Source: Octopus sinensis (Eukaryota). From it: 64,000 nt of DNA. Under the pieces are notes generated by a model that did not search any database, was not told the origin of the DNA, and saw only the letters and a list, made by a program, of their open reading frames with translations. The DNA lies in the NCBI RefSeq assembly GCF_006345805.1, contig NC_043008.1, forward strand, positions 70,618,001-70,682,000, read 5' to 3'. Shown one piece after another: positions 26,778 to 40,237 of this stretch (the first letter of the stretch is position 1; the number at the start of each line of letters is the position of its first letter). A program made the translations under genes and the position numbers.

Positions 26778-27155
26778 CTTTTCTACTATAGGCACAAGGC
26801 CTGAAATTGTTTTTCTTTTTTTGGAATGGGGGATAGTCAATTAAATTGATCCTAGTGCTTGCCTCCGAGAGGACGAAACGCAAAGTCATCTTCTACAGAA
26901 TTTGAACTCAGAATGTGAAAACGGAAGAAATACCTATTTCTTTACTGCCCACAAGGGGCTACATACAGAGGGGACAAACGGATTAAGTCGATTATATCGA
27001 CTCCAGTGCGTAACTGGCACTTATTTAATCGACCCCGAAAGGATGAAAGGCAAAGTCGACCTCGGCGGAATTTGAACCGAGAACGTAGAGACAGACGAAA
27101 TACTGCTAAGCATTTCGCTCGGCGTGCTAACGATTCTGCCGGGTCGCCGCCTTAG
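26778..27155 (-). mobile_element. Two tandem/nested SINE family B copies
   Basis: gaaaggatgaaaggcaaagtcgacctcggcggaatttgaa core present twice. Confidence 0.75.
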
Positions 27156-27849
27156 GCGAAGTAAATAATGACATCTTGAACTATCTGAAGTGATTTTAAC
27201 TACCCAGAACCTCTGAGAACCTTCAACAAGAGGCTCTCACAGCTAAACTAATAGCATTTAAACAAGTATATTAAGTGATGTATCGGAAGTTTATGTGTCG
27301 TAAGAGTTTACAACGATGTAGGAATATGAACTGCGTGCCGACAAACTTCTGATTCAACCCACAACCCTATAAGAGCATTAAAGTCTACATCATCAATGTT
27401 GTAAAACATTTATCTAGGATGACCTTGGAGAGAAATCTGGAATGTACATAAAGAGTACACCCGTAATGCAGTATGATTAAATGAGCGACAGAGCGAGTTC
27501 TGTGCAGTTAATTTTCTTAAAATTTATGACATCCCAAGTAAAACTTTTCTCACGGTTGTTGCATAACTACTGAATGGAAAATTACCTAGGATAGACGCGG
27601 TAGTCTGTTCTTGGTAGGAAGCTGAAATTCTACAGAGATATTTCCTTAATTCTTTTAAAAAGTAATGAACGCTAAACTCGATATTTCAGAATAGCTGAGT
27701 GCTGTAATGTCATTATACGTATCTTGAAACTAATGGATACCCGAACCCGAAAACTATGGGTCCATAATTTATGCAAATCTTATCTTTAAATTATACACAA
27801 ATTCTTTTACTGTATTTGCCTGATATCGCTTTGAAATACAAATTGGTGA

Positions 27850-28900
27850 CTGATAAGCAGACAAAAAAAGAAAGAACGGGATCCGGTTTTGTGCTGTGCA
27901 ATTCATAATCAGCAACGTTGAGGATCAAAACAGCATCTCCGAAGCCTGCTGAATGTATAGCCACGCTATAAACAGGTACTTATTTCTGTCCGTTACTTGT
28001 TGATGCTAGAGTCAATACACCTTACCAAAGTTCACATGATCAACAGAGCTATCGATAAGAACAGAGGCAACTACCATTGTCACAAACAGAATTAGGTTAT
28101 CGATCGGAATATTCCAGAGTGACAACTTAATCTGTAATACTGTTCATTCTAACAAGGAACACCTTCTAAGACCTGTTTACGAAATGACAAGACTGCATAT
28201 TTGGATATGCAAAGGAGCAAAGAATTAATGTCAGCTACACATTGTTTTGTTGATGAACTTAATATGCATTCCAGTAATATTCACAAAACCTAAAGACATA
28301 CATATTTCTCACGGGACAAAGGAATGGGATTTCGTAAAAATAAATACTCATGTTTTGTAGTCAAGAAAAGATTATCCAAACGAGACAAGAAATACATAAT
28401 ACAAATGTTTTGTACTTTTCGAAAGAAGAATACCAGAATTATCTCGATATTGATTGGGTATTGGGTATTGTTGCTGTGATTAAAGCTAGAGTGGCAAAAA
28501 CTATTTCTGCATATTTAGGAAGTTATGAAATTCATAGCCGTTCGCATTCAATAATTTTGTTGTGCCAATGTTGTTATCGTCATTGGTAATACTGGACAGG
28601 GCACTTAAAGAGATCGACAACTTGGACATCAAGGCTGAAAATATATTAACCAACTCAGGTAACATATACATCAAGAGTGATACTAAGGGAAACTGTTGAA
28701 CAGGAATTGAAGCAGGTATATAGCGTCGGCAAAAATAGCCTTGAAATGCAAGCATCGTATCAGTCAGAAAGCAGCTATTAAACAGCAAAAGAATAAATGA
28801 GCACTACAGTACAAGATTGAACATACTTCAGAATAGGTGAAGGACTGCAGTATAGGCACTCTAAATCCACAGCCGTTCCATGTGACCTAAGGGTGGCTGA
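27850..28900 (+). mobile_element. Decayed R4/Dong-like non-LTR RT region
   Basis: Remnants GIFQSDNL.SVILF (~28107), FVDEL (~28245) and GMGFRKNK (~28321), resembling GIFQGDxLS, FxDDLK and GMxFGxxKC. Confidence 0.45.
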
Positions 28901-29916
28901 CCTAAACTAAGCAAACAGAACCACTCATCATAACAGTAGAAATTATGCTTGGATGCATATCCAGCAAGTTAGAGGATAGCAACAGCATTTGAAGAGTGAG
29001 TAACCTCTCTTAGCTCTTTAAAAATAAGATCTGGCGTAACATTTCAATTACAACACGCACTTGGTATAAACACAATAAGCCAGGTAATCTTCTCTGGGAG
29101 AGAGAACAAAAACATGCATTCTGGCAGAGACCAGCTGCACGGAAATGTGAAAAATAAACCAACAGAAAATCTATTTTGTAATAATGAACTTGCAGCTTTT
29201 GTATCCGCGTAATTTATTTTCAGTTGTATATATTATCATAGGCGCAATGATCTATGCAACGACAAATTTACATAGAAATCTTGAAATGCTGGAATTTTAA
29301 AACAAATTAACAAGGTAATTCGCATTCTTTAAATGCAACCGATTGGCAATAATTCGTCAAACATTCCAAGAGAAGTTTTTTTCAAACATTCCAAAGATTT
29401 TCAAGTTCAGTTTCCTAAATATGTACATCATCTAATGTATGCACAGGACATACACGTATGGTAATTAAGGATGCTATATGAACCGATGAAGCACATACTA
29501 AAGAAACGCGTATACACAAAAGATGAGTATAAATATATTCACATCATCAAAGGGAAGCATTGGCTATACACCCATCTATAACGGGCGTACACAGGGAATG
29601 CACATAGGGAATGCACATAGGGCATACACATAAGGCATACACTCATGTGCATACAAATGATCACGTACTTAAGAGGCATGTACATTCATGACATGAGTGG
29701 AGGTATATTTATGCTTCTATACACGGATGTATACAAATAATAACTCATATACTAGAAATCATTGAAACTCTCTTGATAAAACAAACGTTTGATTAATGAC
29801 CGGATTTAGCTCTGCGAAGAAAAACTTAGATAAATATCGAAGAAAACAAATGCCAAGATACACACAAAGATATATGCAAACGTACGTGCAAAAAATCGCA
29901 TACATACATACATACA

Positions 29917-29947
<31 letters not shown>

Positions 29948-29954
29948 TAATATG

Positions 29955-30670
29955 CCGATGAGATATGATGTTGTAGCTTGGACATTGTAAAATGAGATTT
30001 ATCGAAAGGATAATCCCGAGGACAAAGAAATAAGAACACAGTATGTTGGAAGTTATAAACACTCATAATAAACGGGAGTACTGGTGGAATGTTCCAGTGA
30101 AAACCTCAATAAGATATAAACGGAATAAACCTAATATAATGATTTGGGATAAAAAAGAGAAACTATGTACAGTTGTGGAATCAGCTGGCCATCAGATGTA
30201 AGCATAAAGCTGAAGATCAGTGAAAAAGAGAATACTTACGCTCAACTATTGAGAAATCAATAGTTACTCTACCCAGATTACAAGTTCAGGTTTATGCCTG
30301 TAATTATTGGGGCACTGGGATATATAACACACAGCCTAAATACCAATCTTGATAAATTAGGCTTCTCAAAACCAGAAAGGAGAAAGCTGATTCGAAGACT
30401 ACAGGTTCAAGCCATCGCTAGAACTGTAAAAATGTGTAAAACTTTCCAGAAGTTTATCATTCAAGTATATATGAGCATGTTTAGATATGCAACTGTATGC
30501 ATAAAAATACATACATAAAACAAAACATACGAATCTGCACGTATACATACATACATAGATACAAAAATACCTTGTGGTAGTTGAAATTCCAGTGAAAGAG
30601 CCTTGGATCTAGGTTAGAAACCGGCACTTTCTCTATTGGCAAGAAATCTTGAAATAAAACTGAATAAGGA
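29955..30670 (+). mobile_element. R4/Dong-like LINE 3' end (restriction-like endonuclease and 3' UTR)
   Basis: RYDVVA..WWNVPVKT..NKPNIMIWD..VVE..K..EK..Y..PVIIGALG; bounded by (ATAC)n/(ATGT)n. Confidence 0.75.
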
Positions 30671-31597
30671 AATATATCCCTGCATATTTACATTAATGCA
30701 TATGTATGTATGTATATGTATGTATGTATATGTATGTATGTATGATGTATGTATGTATGTATGTATGTATATGCATATATATTATACGTACATGGACACA
30801 CATATGCTCTCACATTCACACGCACAGACATACATAGACATGAATATGTAGAGGTACAAATATACATACAGATATATTTGCATATCTCTATAACCATGTG
30901 TCTGTGTGTTTATTTTGTTATGTAGTTTGTGTATATAGTATATGATTTTATGCAAAGCTAGTTCCCTTATATACACAAAATCGCACATACACATACGTAC
31001 ATCCTAGATTTATGAGGTTATAATGTTACCTCGTCAACAATTGACCAACATTAATTTCTTTTTATCCCCAATGTTTATCTTAAATATCCATTATATAAAA
31101 CCAACATCAACATTAAACTACAGTTATGTCATACCATAAAAAACAAAGTGACTGACAAATTAACATTTTTTTCTCTCTTAGCTATTGTTTACTATTGCGC
31201 GCTGCTCCCATCCCAAATGATATTCGGCTTTTGAACACACGCACGTGTGAATATATATATATGTAGATAAGTATGTATGTATGTACGTATGTATGTATGT
31301 ATGTATGTATGTATGTATGTATGTATGTATGTATGTATGTATGTATGTATGTATGTATGTATGTATGTTTGTGTGTGTGTGTATATGTATCTATATACAT
31401 ATAAACACGAATTTATGTATATGTGTCCTTGTGCGTATGTGTGTTAATATGATTTCCAGAACGTATTTGACCGCCTCAGATACTATTCAGCCAGAATTAC
31501 GCTCTGAATGTATTTTCACATCTTTACTAAGAAAGTTTTTATTTGCTCATATATAAAGTGACTCCTTTATTTCTATGCCTATTTCTGACAAATTTGT

Positions 31598-31998
31598 ATA
31601 GGCGTAGGAGTGGTAGGGTGGTAAGTAGTTTGCTTACCAACCACATGGTTCCGGGCCCATTCTCACTGGGTGGCACCTTGGGCAAGTGTCTTCTACTATA
31701 GTCTCGGGCCGACCAAAGCCTTGTGAGTGGATATGATAGACGGAAACTGAAAGAAGCCCGTCGTATATATGTATATATATATATATATATATATGTGTAT
31801 GTATATGTTTGTGTGTATGTGTCCCCCCCCCAACATCGATTGCTGGTGTGTTTTACGTCCCTGTAACTTAACGGTTCGGCAAAAGAGACCGATTGAATAA
31901 GTACTAGGCCTAAAAGAATAAGTCCTGGGGTCGATTTGCTCGACTAAAGGCGTTGCTCCAGCATGGACACAGTCAAATGAGTAAAAGAGTAAAAGAGT
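31598..31998 (+). mobile_element. SINE family A, full length
   Basis: Colinear with 24333-24745. Confidence 0.88.
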
Positions 31999-32034
31999 AT
32001 CCACTTCAGCATCAATTTATATACCAACTACTTC

Positions 32035-32628
32035 TGATACTGGCTTCAAAGTTTGACACAAGGTCAGCAGATTTGGAGGAGAGGCCAAATCGATTACATC
32101 GCCTCTATCACTCAACTAATACCTATTTTATGAAATGGTGAAACACAAAGTTAGCCTCATCAGAATTTGAACTCAGAATATCTTGCCCAGCATGATAATG
32201 ATTCTGCAAGCTCGCTACCATAAAATACTTATATTATTGGTTTAAAATTTTGGTACAAGGTCAGTAATTTCGTTGGAGGGGTTAAGTCGATTACATCAAT
32301 CCCAGTGTTTAACTGGTACTTATTTTATCGATCACGAAATGATGAAAGGCAAAGTCGACTTCAGCAGCATTTGAACTCAGAACGTAGAGACGGACGATTT
32401 ACCGCGAAGCATCTTGATTTCAAATAGTGACATAAGGCCAACAATTCAAGGAGAAGGGATAATTCGATTACATCGTCCCAAATGTTTAAGTGGTACTTAT
32501 TTATTGACTCCAAAATGGTGAACGGCAAAATGGACCTCGGCGGATTTTGAACTCAGAAGGTAAAGACATAGAAAATGCCGCCGAGCATTTTGTCCGGCGT
32601 ACTAACGGCTCTGTCAGCTCGACGCCTT
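32035..32628 (-). mobile_element. Cluster of three SINE family B copies
   Basis: Repeated atttgaactcagaa / ggcaaagtcgac cores at ~32160, ~32350 and ~32530. Confidence 0.7.
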
Positions 32629-33010
32629 GCGTGGTTGTGTGGTAAGTAGCTTGCTTACTAACCACATGGCTCCGGGTTCAGCCCCACTGCGTGGCACATT
32701 GGGCAAGTGTCTTCTACTATAGCCTCAGGCCAACCAAAGCTTTGTGAGTGGATTTGGTAGACGAAAACTGAAAGAAGACCGTCGTATATGAATATGTATA
32801 TATGTGTGCATGTCTATGTTTGTGTGTCTGTGTTTGTCCCTCCACCATCGCTTGACAACCGATGCTGGTGTGTTAGCGCTTCGGCAAAAAGACCGATAGA
32901 ATAAGTACTAGGTTTACAAAGATTAAGCTCTGGGGTTGAATTGTTCGACTAAAGGCGGTGCTCCAGCATGGCCTCAGTTAAATGACAGAAATAACTAAAA
33001 GAATAAAAGA
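32629..33010 (+). mobile_element. SINE family A
   Basis: Colinear with 24345-24730. Confidence 0.85.
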
Positions 33011-33018
33011 ATATATAC

Positions 33019-33053
<35 letters not shown>

Positions 33054-33094
33054 CATACATGCATGCATGTGTGTGTATATATATATATATATAT

Positions 33095-33311
33095 TGGTAA
33101 AAACGGTAAGACAACAAAAAATGTATCTGTAAAATAATATGTGACAATTATTCAATAGCCAAGATAAAACTCTGAGTTTCGGATGCCGAGGTGGAAATCT
33201 ACAACACCATCTGTACGGTTATATGACCATCTCTGGATTTCCACCTCGGCATCCGAAACTCAGAGTTTTATCTTGGCTATTGAATAATTGTCACATATTA
33301 TTTTACAGATA
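33095..33311. mobile_element. Fold-back insert in (TA)n
   Basis: Perfect ~75-bp inverted arms ~33124-33199 and ~33236-33311. Confidence 0.85.
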
Positions 33312-33323
33312 TATATATGTATA

Positions 33324-33854
33324 TCTATATATATAAAACTCTAGTTGTGTGAGTGTCTGTCCCCTTCGATTTAGATTCCTAACTCCTCCCACATTTTGCG
33401 GTGCAGTTTAACCAAATTCGGGTATCTTATAGTCGTGATTCATATCGAGCCCGTCTGACTATTAGCGCGCGTCAACGATGAGTCTACGATTTTAAAAATA
33501 ATTTAACATAATTTTTTATTCCATTTTAATGCATAAAATGCATCGTGTGTCGATAGCGGCGGAGTTGGCGTCCACGCTCACAGCTGCACCTGTTTGCTTC
33601 TCCCCCTTCCCTCCCTCGTGAAGCTGTGGGGAAGGGAGTGTAAAGAAATCAACGTCGTAATGCGTTGTTAAGGAAACCAGCGTTCTTTTAGAACAACGAC
33701 TTCATGGCTTGAAGACACTGAGTCAACGATTTAAAAAAAAAATTATCATCATTTTTTATTCCATTTTTAATGCATTGTTTTGCTATAACTCTCTAAAAAT
33801 GCTTATATAGTTATTTCCCTTACAAACCCGAGCAACGCCGGGCAATACTGCTAG
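33324..33854 (+). mobile_element. Non-autonomous Helitron
   Basis: Starts TCtatatatataaaa; ends with hairpin cccg-agcaacgc-cggg then CTAG; A|T target. Confidence 0.8.
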
Positions 33855-34059
33855 TATATATATATATATGACTTGACGCGTAGCTGTCTTTACCTGGTGA
33901 AGTGAATAGTTACCATGAAAAACACAGCACCGACTATCTGTTGAGTCTTCGTGCACAGAGAGCAATTAGGTACGACGGTTAGATGACCAAAAGACCTCAA
34001 ATTGTATTGCTGTAGAAACGAAACCACAATGGAATGTATAAGGCAGATCATGGTAGGAG

Positions 34060-34435
34060 ACTTAGTTTAGACCACGAGAGGAGTGGACAATGTTGGTAAA
34101 ATGAAAATAGAGCATGATAGAAGAGTTAATTAAGACCATAATGAAAGAGTTAAGTTAGACCACGATGAAAGTATTAAATTAGACAATGATAGAAGTTTTA
34201 AATTAAACCAGGATGTAAGTATTAAGCTAAACTATGATGGAAGAGGTAAATTAGACCACGATGGATAAATTAAGTTTGACCACGACGGAAAAGTGAAGTT
34301 AGACCATAGTATGGGGATTATCAATGGTGTCATAATTAAAATCCTAGTCTTGCTGTGGAAGTTAGACTGTGGTAGAAGAGTTAATCCTCTTGTTCTTGCT
34401 AGAGTCTAAATGTTACTATGAAAGTTAGACTAAGA
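34060..34435. repeat. Degenerate ~24-bp minisatellite (aagttagaccacgatggaagagtt-like)
   Basis: About a dozen recurrences of ttagacc/ttagact. Confidence 0.75.
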
Positions 34436-34787
34436 GCAACCTTATCTATATGTCCTTTTGTATACTGTTAACAAAAACAACAACACAAACACACACAATA
34501 GATGAGCCAGAGGCTTTGTCATACTTATTATAATGTAAGTGCTACTGTGCAAGATACCGTGAGAATTTAACAAACGTGTGTCTTTATTTCAAATAAAATA
34601 TTGTTTTGGAAATAAAGCAATATTAGAACAGTTAACCCACCATGCCCGGGTCATGCGATTGTGTTAAATCGTTAGAAATACAGATTGTCGACATAAATGA
34701 GAAGACCGACAAAAAATGAGTTATAAAGATTGAAAATAAATGAGAAATATATAGATACAAATATATACAAACCATGTATATATATAC

Positions 34788-34985
34788 TGTTGTGTCTGGA
34801 GAGAGTAATTTTCTTTTCTTTTTGCAACATTTCCAATAGTCTTGACTCTGTTAAGACTATTGAAAAGATTGCAAGACGCAACGAAAATTCTAGGAAAATA
34901 AAAATAAGAAATAAGTGGAAATTTTACCGGCGAGTGTGTTAAATTATAAGGCACAAAAAGAAAATGACTCTCCCCAGACACAACA
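34788..34985. mobile_element. MITE-like fold-back
   Basis: tgttgtgtctggagagagtaattttcttt / aaagaaaatgactctccccagacacaaca, plus inner hairpin caatagtctt..aagactattg. Confidence 0.6.
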
Positions 34986-35447
34986 GAATATGCTTCAACA
35001 CACGAACTCACATAAAGAATCTTGCAAACCAAATCCCAAAACGAAATATATATATATGCATATATATGTGTAATGTTTGCGTGTATGTATATATATCTAC
35101 AAACATACACACCTATATACACACATATACATATATACGTGCGTAGGTATGTACGCATGTATGTATATATGCACTGATGTATGTATATATATATATATAT
35201 ATGTATGTCTGTATATATATATATATATATATATTGTGAAATAGAAAGATGAATAATCTTGTTGCAGATTAATCAAAAGTTTAACCGATACCTTGGTAGC
35301 AAAAATCACAGCAGAAGACAGCACGGTTGGAGGTACAACCATATGGTGTTGCAACCATGCGTTGGTGCGGATAATTGAATTTTAATATTATTAGTGAATT
35401 GAAGAAATGGAGTTGAACGAAGATTGAAGAGAAATCGTTTTATTGCA

Positions 35448-35527
35448 TTCTACACGTGTTTCGAAAGCCACAATTTACCAAATTCCGATTGAATAAGGAG
35501 ACCATATTGTGTCTTTCTCTTCAGGAA
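35448..35527 (-). ncRNA. Type I hammerhead ribozyme (inverted copy)
   Basis: Reverse complement of 35652-35731. Confidence 0.8.
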
Positions 35528-35651
35528 GAAATAGGAAATCCGTTGGCAAAAACAAAAACAGAACAGAGGCGCAGCAAAACAAATCGAACGAGGCTCCTAA
35601 GAGCCCATGGCCAAACTTGGTTTTTGTTTTTGCCAACGGATTTCCTATTTC

Positions 35652-35731
35652 TTCCTGAAGAGAAAGACACAATATGGTCTCCTTATTCAATCGGAATTTG
35701 GTAAATTGTGGCTTTCGAAACACGTGTAGAA
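35652..35731 (+). ncRNA. Type I hammerhead ribozyme, canonical core
   Basis: ttc-CTGAAGA-gaaag(acacaat..attgtgg)ctttc-GAAAC-acgt-GTA-gaa; palindromic stem III ACACGTGT. Confidence 0.8.
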
Positions 35732-35925
35732 TGCAATAAAACGATTTCTGTTCAATCTTCGTTCAACTCCATTTCTTCAATTCACTATATATATATATAT
35801 ATATATATGTAAATAAATATACGCAGATATGTATACAAATCTCTGTTTATATACATACATACACACATACATACATACCAACATACATACAAACATACAT
35901 ACATACATACATACATACATACATA

Positions 35926-36078
<153 letters not shown>

Positions 36079-36110
36079 TTGTCATAAGGAGTGAAAAATC
36101 CAAATAGTAA

Positions 36111-36578
36111 TATAATAATAAGAGTAAATAATTTCTATAAAGGCTTTTAAAAAAACCCCAATTATTTACTGGTAGAATTCGGTATGTAAATATAGCCGAT
36201 TACCGGCAGGAACTTCTGTAAAGTTCAGTATATATATTGTATATAAGAAAAAGGGACAGGCAAAACAGGTTGCTTGACCGCATACCGAAAAAATAGAAAT
36301 AGCAGTCAAGAATGCTTATTTCTATCAAAGTTGGACTCCGGGCATGACAAACCCTGCAATTCACATATGCAAAACAGAAGGAGGCACTGTCATGCCTTTG
36401 GGTGTCAGAAGTGAAAGTAGAGAAATCTGACGTCAGACGTCAACTTCGTGTATTTACGTCGTCTTTCGTTTATTTACGCCGTTTATTTACGTACCACTGA
36501 AATGCAAGTAAAAGCTTGTATGTATGTATGTATGTATGTATATATATATACATACATACACACATATATATAATATAC

Positions 36579-36621
<43 letters not shown>

Positions 36622-38600
36622 ATACATACATATATATATTTTTACCGCCTTTAGTCGCACAAATCGACCCCAGAACTTATTCTATCGGTCTTTTTTCTTA
36701 ACCACTATACATTATATACATACAGATAGATAGATAGATACACACACACACATATAATAGATATAAAATGTGTACGTGTGTACATTTTTCAGAAAAAAAA
36801 TTCATACATTTTAAATATCAATAGCATTTCTCTTATTTTTTACATGAAGTTTTCGAAAAATGAATTTAGAATGTAAAAATCAAATATATCAAATTAATAA
36901 ACGCAAATTATTTTCAAATATCATTTTCAACGGTGAGATTATCAAAATATAAACTTGAAGTTAAGTTTAAAAATAAATGCGATACTCATTCTGTCTTGAT
37001 ACTTATGCTCAAATACATGGATATAGCTGTCGAATTTGTTCTATCAACTTCCCGAATATATCATCCTTAAATTCATAGCGCCACATGAATTCGATGAGAT
37101 GGGTCTGAAGTAAATTTCTGGCTGTTCCACATTCTCTCCTATTTCGAGTCTTTACGTGTTTCCATAAACATTCTATGTGGTTGGTTGTGGCAAATGTTAC
37201 CGGATCAACAAAATTATAGAATGATTCACGGTCAAATGTCTGTATCCTAGCTGACTGAGTGTATTATACGAACGCCAAAGGTCGGATATTATTGTTGTAC
37301 CAGGCAATATACGCTCGCGTATAATCTGTAATAGAGTGTCCGCTGTTCGATTTTCAACTGCCACTAAAATACATCTTCTACTATCTCTTTCTAATGCACC
37401 AAACACCCATTGCGTTTTAACCCGATGGCCAACATGATATTTTCTCTTAACAAACGCAGTTTCATCTATTTCAACGATTCTATTGGGTCCTCCCAGTTTA
37501 ATATTCTGTGCAACATAATATTCTGCACATACATCGCGGCAAAAATTCCTCCAATCGGTTACCGCTACATTTGCTAAATGACATTCCTGTCCTATTCCTT
37601 TTGCTAAATCTTCTTTGGCCCAGTAAAACAAAATATCTATGATCTGTTGACACTTCAATTTACTATTTTCTAAAAATGTTCCTTTTCTAATTGACACGGA
37701 TTTTGTGTGTGTATCTATCTATCTATCTGTATGTATGTATATAATGTATAGTGGTTAAGAAAAAAGACCGATAGAATAAGTTCTGGGGTCGATTTGTTCG
37801 ACTAAAGGCGGTAAAAATACATGTATATATTATATATATGTATGTATTAAATATATATATATATATGTATATATACATGTATATTATATATATGTGTGTA
37901 TGTATGTATATATATATACATACATACATACATACATACATACATACAAGCTTTTACTTGCATTTCAGTGGTACGTAAATAAACGGCGTAAATAAACGAA
38001 AGACGACGTAAATACACGAAGTTGACGTCTGACGTCAGATTTCTCTACTTTCACTTCTGACACCCAAAGGCATGACAGTGCCCAGAAGTCTGGCAGTTAT
38101 CTGTGAACATCATGTTTCTGGATTATAAACATATTGAATATATATTCCATATATATTTCTGATATATATTTCATATACATTGCATATATATTTCACATCC
38201 TTCTTCAGCACAGCTTTCCATTGAAAAGGATTTATCATAGATTTATCAAATGCTACGTACCTCAAACCTTCTGACCATGCGACATCAAAATATTTGAAGA
38301 AAGTGAGCAAAAGCTAAACCTACATTCCTTCTGTTTTGCATATGTGAATTGCAGGGTTTGTCATGCCCGGAGTCCAACTTTGATAGAAATAAGCATTCTT
38401 GACTGCTATTTCTATTTTTTCGGTATGCGGTCAAGCAACCTGTTTTGCCTGTCCCTTTTTCTTATATACAATATATATACTGAACTTTACAGAAGTTCCT
38501 GCCGGTAATCGGCTATATTTACATACCGAATTCTACCAGTAAATAATTGGGGTTTTTTTAAAAGCCTTTATAGAAATTATTTACTCTTATTATTATTATA
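36111..38600. repeat. Large inverted duplication flanking a transposase fragment
   Basis: Arms 36111-36748 and 37704-38600; the right arm has an extra ~244 bp (38083-38326). Confidence 0.88.
37017..37697 (-). mobile_element. Merlin / ISXO2 (IS1595-like) DDE transposase fragment, 5'-truncated and frameshifted
   Basis: GGPNRIVEIDET..KRKYHVG..WVFG..PGTTIISDLWRSY..HLTVNHS, then in another frame TNHIECLWKHVK..EFMWR. Confidence 0.9.
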
Positions 38601-38624
38601 TATATATATATATATATATACTAC

Positions 38625-38778
38625 ACTCACGGAGTGGTTGGCGTTAGGAAGAGCATCCAGCTGTAGAAACATTGCCAGATAAGACCGGAGCCTGGTGCAG
38701 CCTTCTGGCTTCCCAGATGCCCGGTCGAACCGTCCAACCCATGCTAGCATGGAGAACGGACGTTAAACGATGATGATA
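38625..38778 (+). mobile_element. RTE-type LINE/SINE 3' tail fragment
   Basis: ttggcgttaggaagagcatccagctgtagaaa ... ggacgttaaacgatgatgat end. Confidence 0.6.
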
Positions 38779-39409
38779 CACACAATAACATGTTATATGT
38801 ATATATACATATACACGAAAGGGACAATCTTGAAGCAAGAAATTAAAAATTACAAATTTATTGTAGCGTTTAATTACATCCCTGCTTGACTTGCTAAAAA
38901 TAGCTACGAAGTCATTCTAGCAATGTAATCATAACTCAGCTACAGGAATGATTTTGCCCTGCCAACATCATATCCACTAAATTTTGTCATATAACAGGAA
39001 CATCTTTGATCATAAGTTTGATCAAATAGTGTAGCTCTTTGTGTTAACAACAACAACAACAGCAACAAGTACAGAGGCATCAGGAATTTGCAAGAAGAGA
39101 AATATGAAGTGTGAAATTATATACAAGAAATTTTTAAAAAAGGAACAAAAAAAAGCAATCAAATGAAAACAAAAAAACCCATTGGACTTATCTAACACAG
39201 AATCTCTGAGACTTCATAGAAGTAAGATAATTAAAAAAAAAAAAAACATACTAATTTAATACATCAAGCTATACATACAAACCTTGATAAAATACAAATA
39301 AAAAATACCGAAGCTAAACTCAATAATTAAAACAACATCATTATCTAACACACCACCCATATACAATTATTTTTTTAAATACCAATATATTTTAGCAATG
39401 AACTGAGAA

Positions 39410-40237
39410 TGTGCGTATATATATAAATACATGCATACACATATAAGTATACACACATGTATATAGATACACAAACATAAATATATGTACATAAAAGAAT
39501 GTACATATATATATGTATATATCTGTGTGTATGTATATATATATATATATATATACATATATATATGCATATATATATACATACATACATAAATATATAT
39601 ACATATGTATATATACGTGTGTATATGTGTGTATATTAATATGCATATATGTGTGTGAATCTGTAAGTATATATATATGTACATAAATATACGTATGTAC
39701 AAACACACATTGACACACACACATATATATATATATATTCACGCACACACACACCCTCACACACACATGTATATATATATATAAAAGAACACACACATAT
39801 ATAAATATATATCTATGCGTATGCATGCATGTATGTATGTATGTATGTATGTATGTATGCATGCATGTATGTATGTATGTATGCATGTATGTATGTATGC
39901 ATGTATGTATGCATGTATGCATGTATGTATGTATGTATGTATGTATGTATGTATGTATGCATTTATGCATGTATGTATGTATGTATGCATGTATGTATGT
40001 ATGTATGCATGCATGTATGTATGTATGCATGTATGTATGTATGTATGTATGCATGTATATATGTATGTATGTATGTATGATGTATGTATGCATGAATGTA
40101 TGTATGTATGTATGTATGTATGTATGCATGTATGCATGTATGTATGTATGCATGTAAGTAAGTATGTATGTATGTATGCATGCATGTATGTATGTATGCA
40201 TGCATGTATGTATATATGTATGTATGTATGTATGTAC
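39410..40237. repeat. Long AT/(ATGT/ATGC)n low-complexity block
   Basis: Direct inspection. Confidence 0.95.

Larger units (their letters stand above)
35233..35787. mobile_element. HHR-bearing fold-back element in (TA)n
   Basis: 168-bp arms 35392-35559 and 35620-35787 (1 mismatch seen), 60-bp spacer. Confidence 0.9.

Noticed and set aside
30590-30630. HHR-like motif (tgaaagagccttggatctaggttagaaac) in the R4-like 3' UTR
   Set aside because: Core lacks CUGANGA and has no stem I or cleavage triplet.
34060-34435. CRISPR-like periodic repeats
   Set aside because: Degenerate contiguous minisatellite without unique spacers; eukaryotic context, no cas genes.
35456-35723. Mirror pair of 82-aa ORFs
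   Set aside because: By-product of the palindrome.
37197-37697. Bacterial IS1595 contamination or horizontal transfer
   Set aside because: Eukaryotic Merlin elements have this domain, and the fragment is embedded in host microsatellites and SINE pieces.
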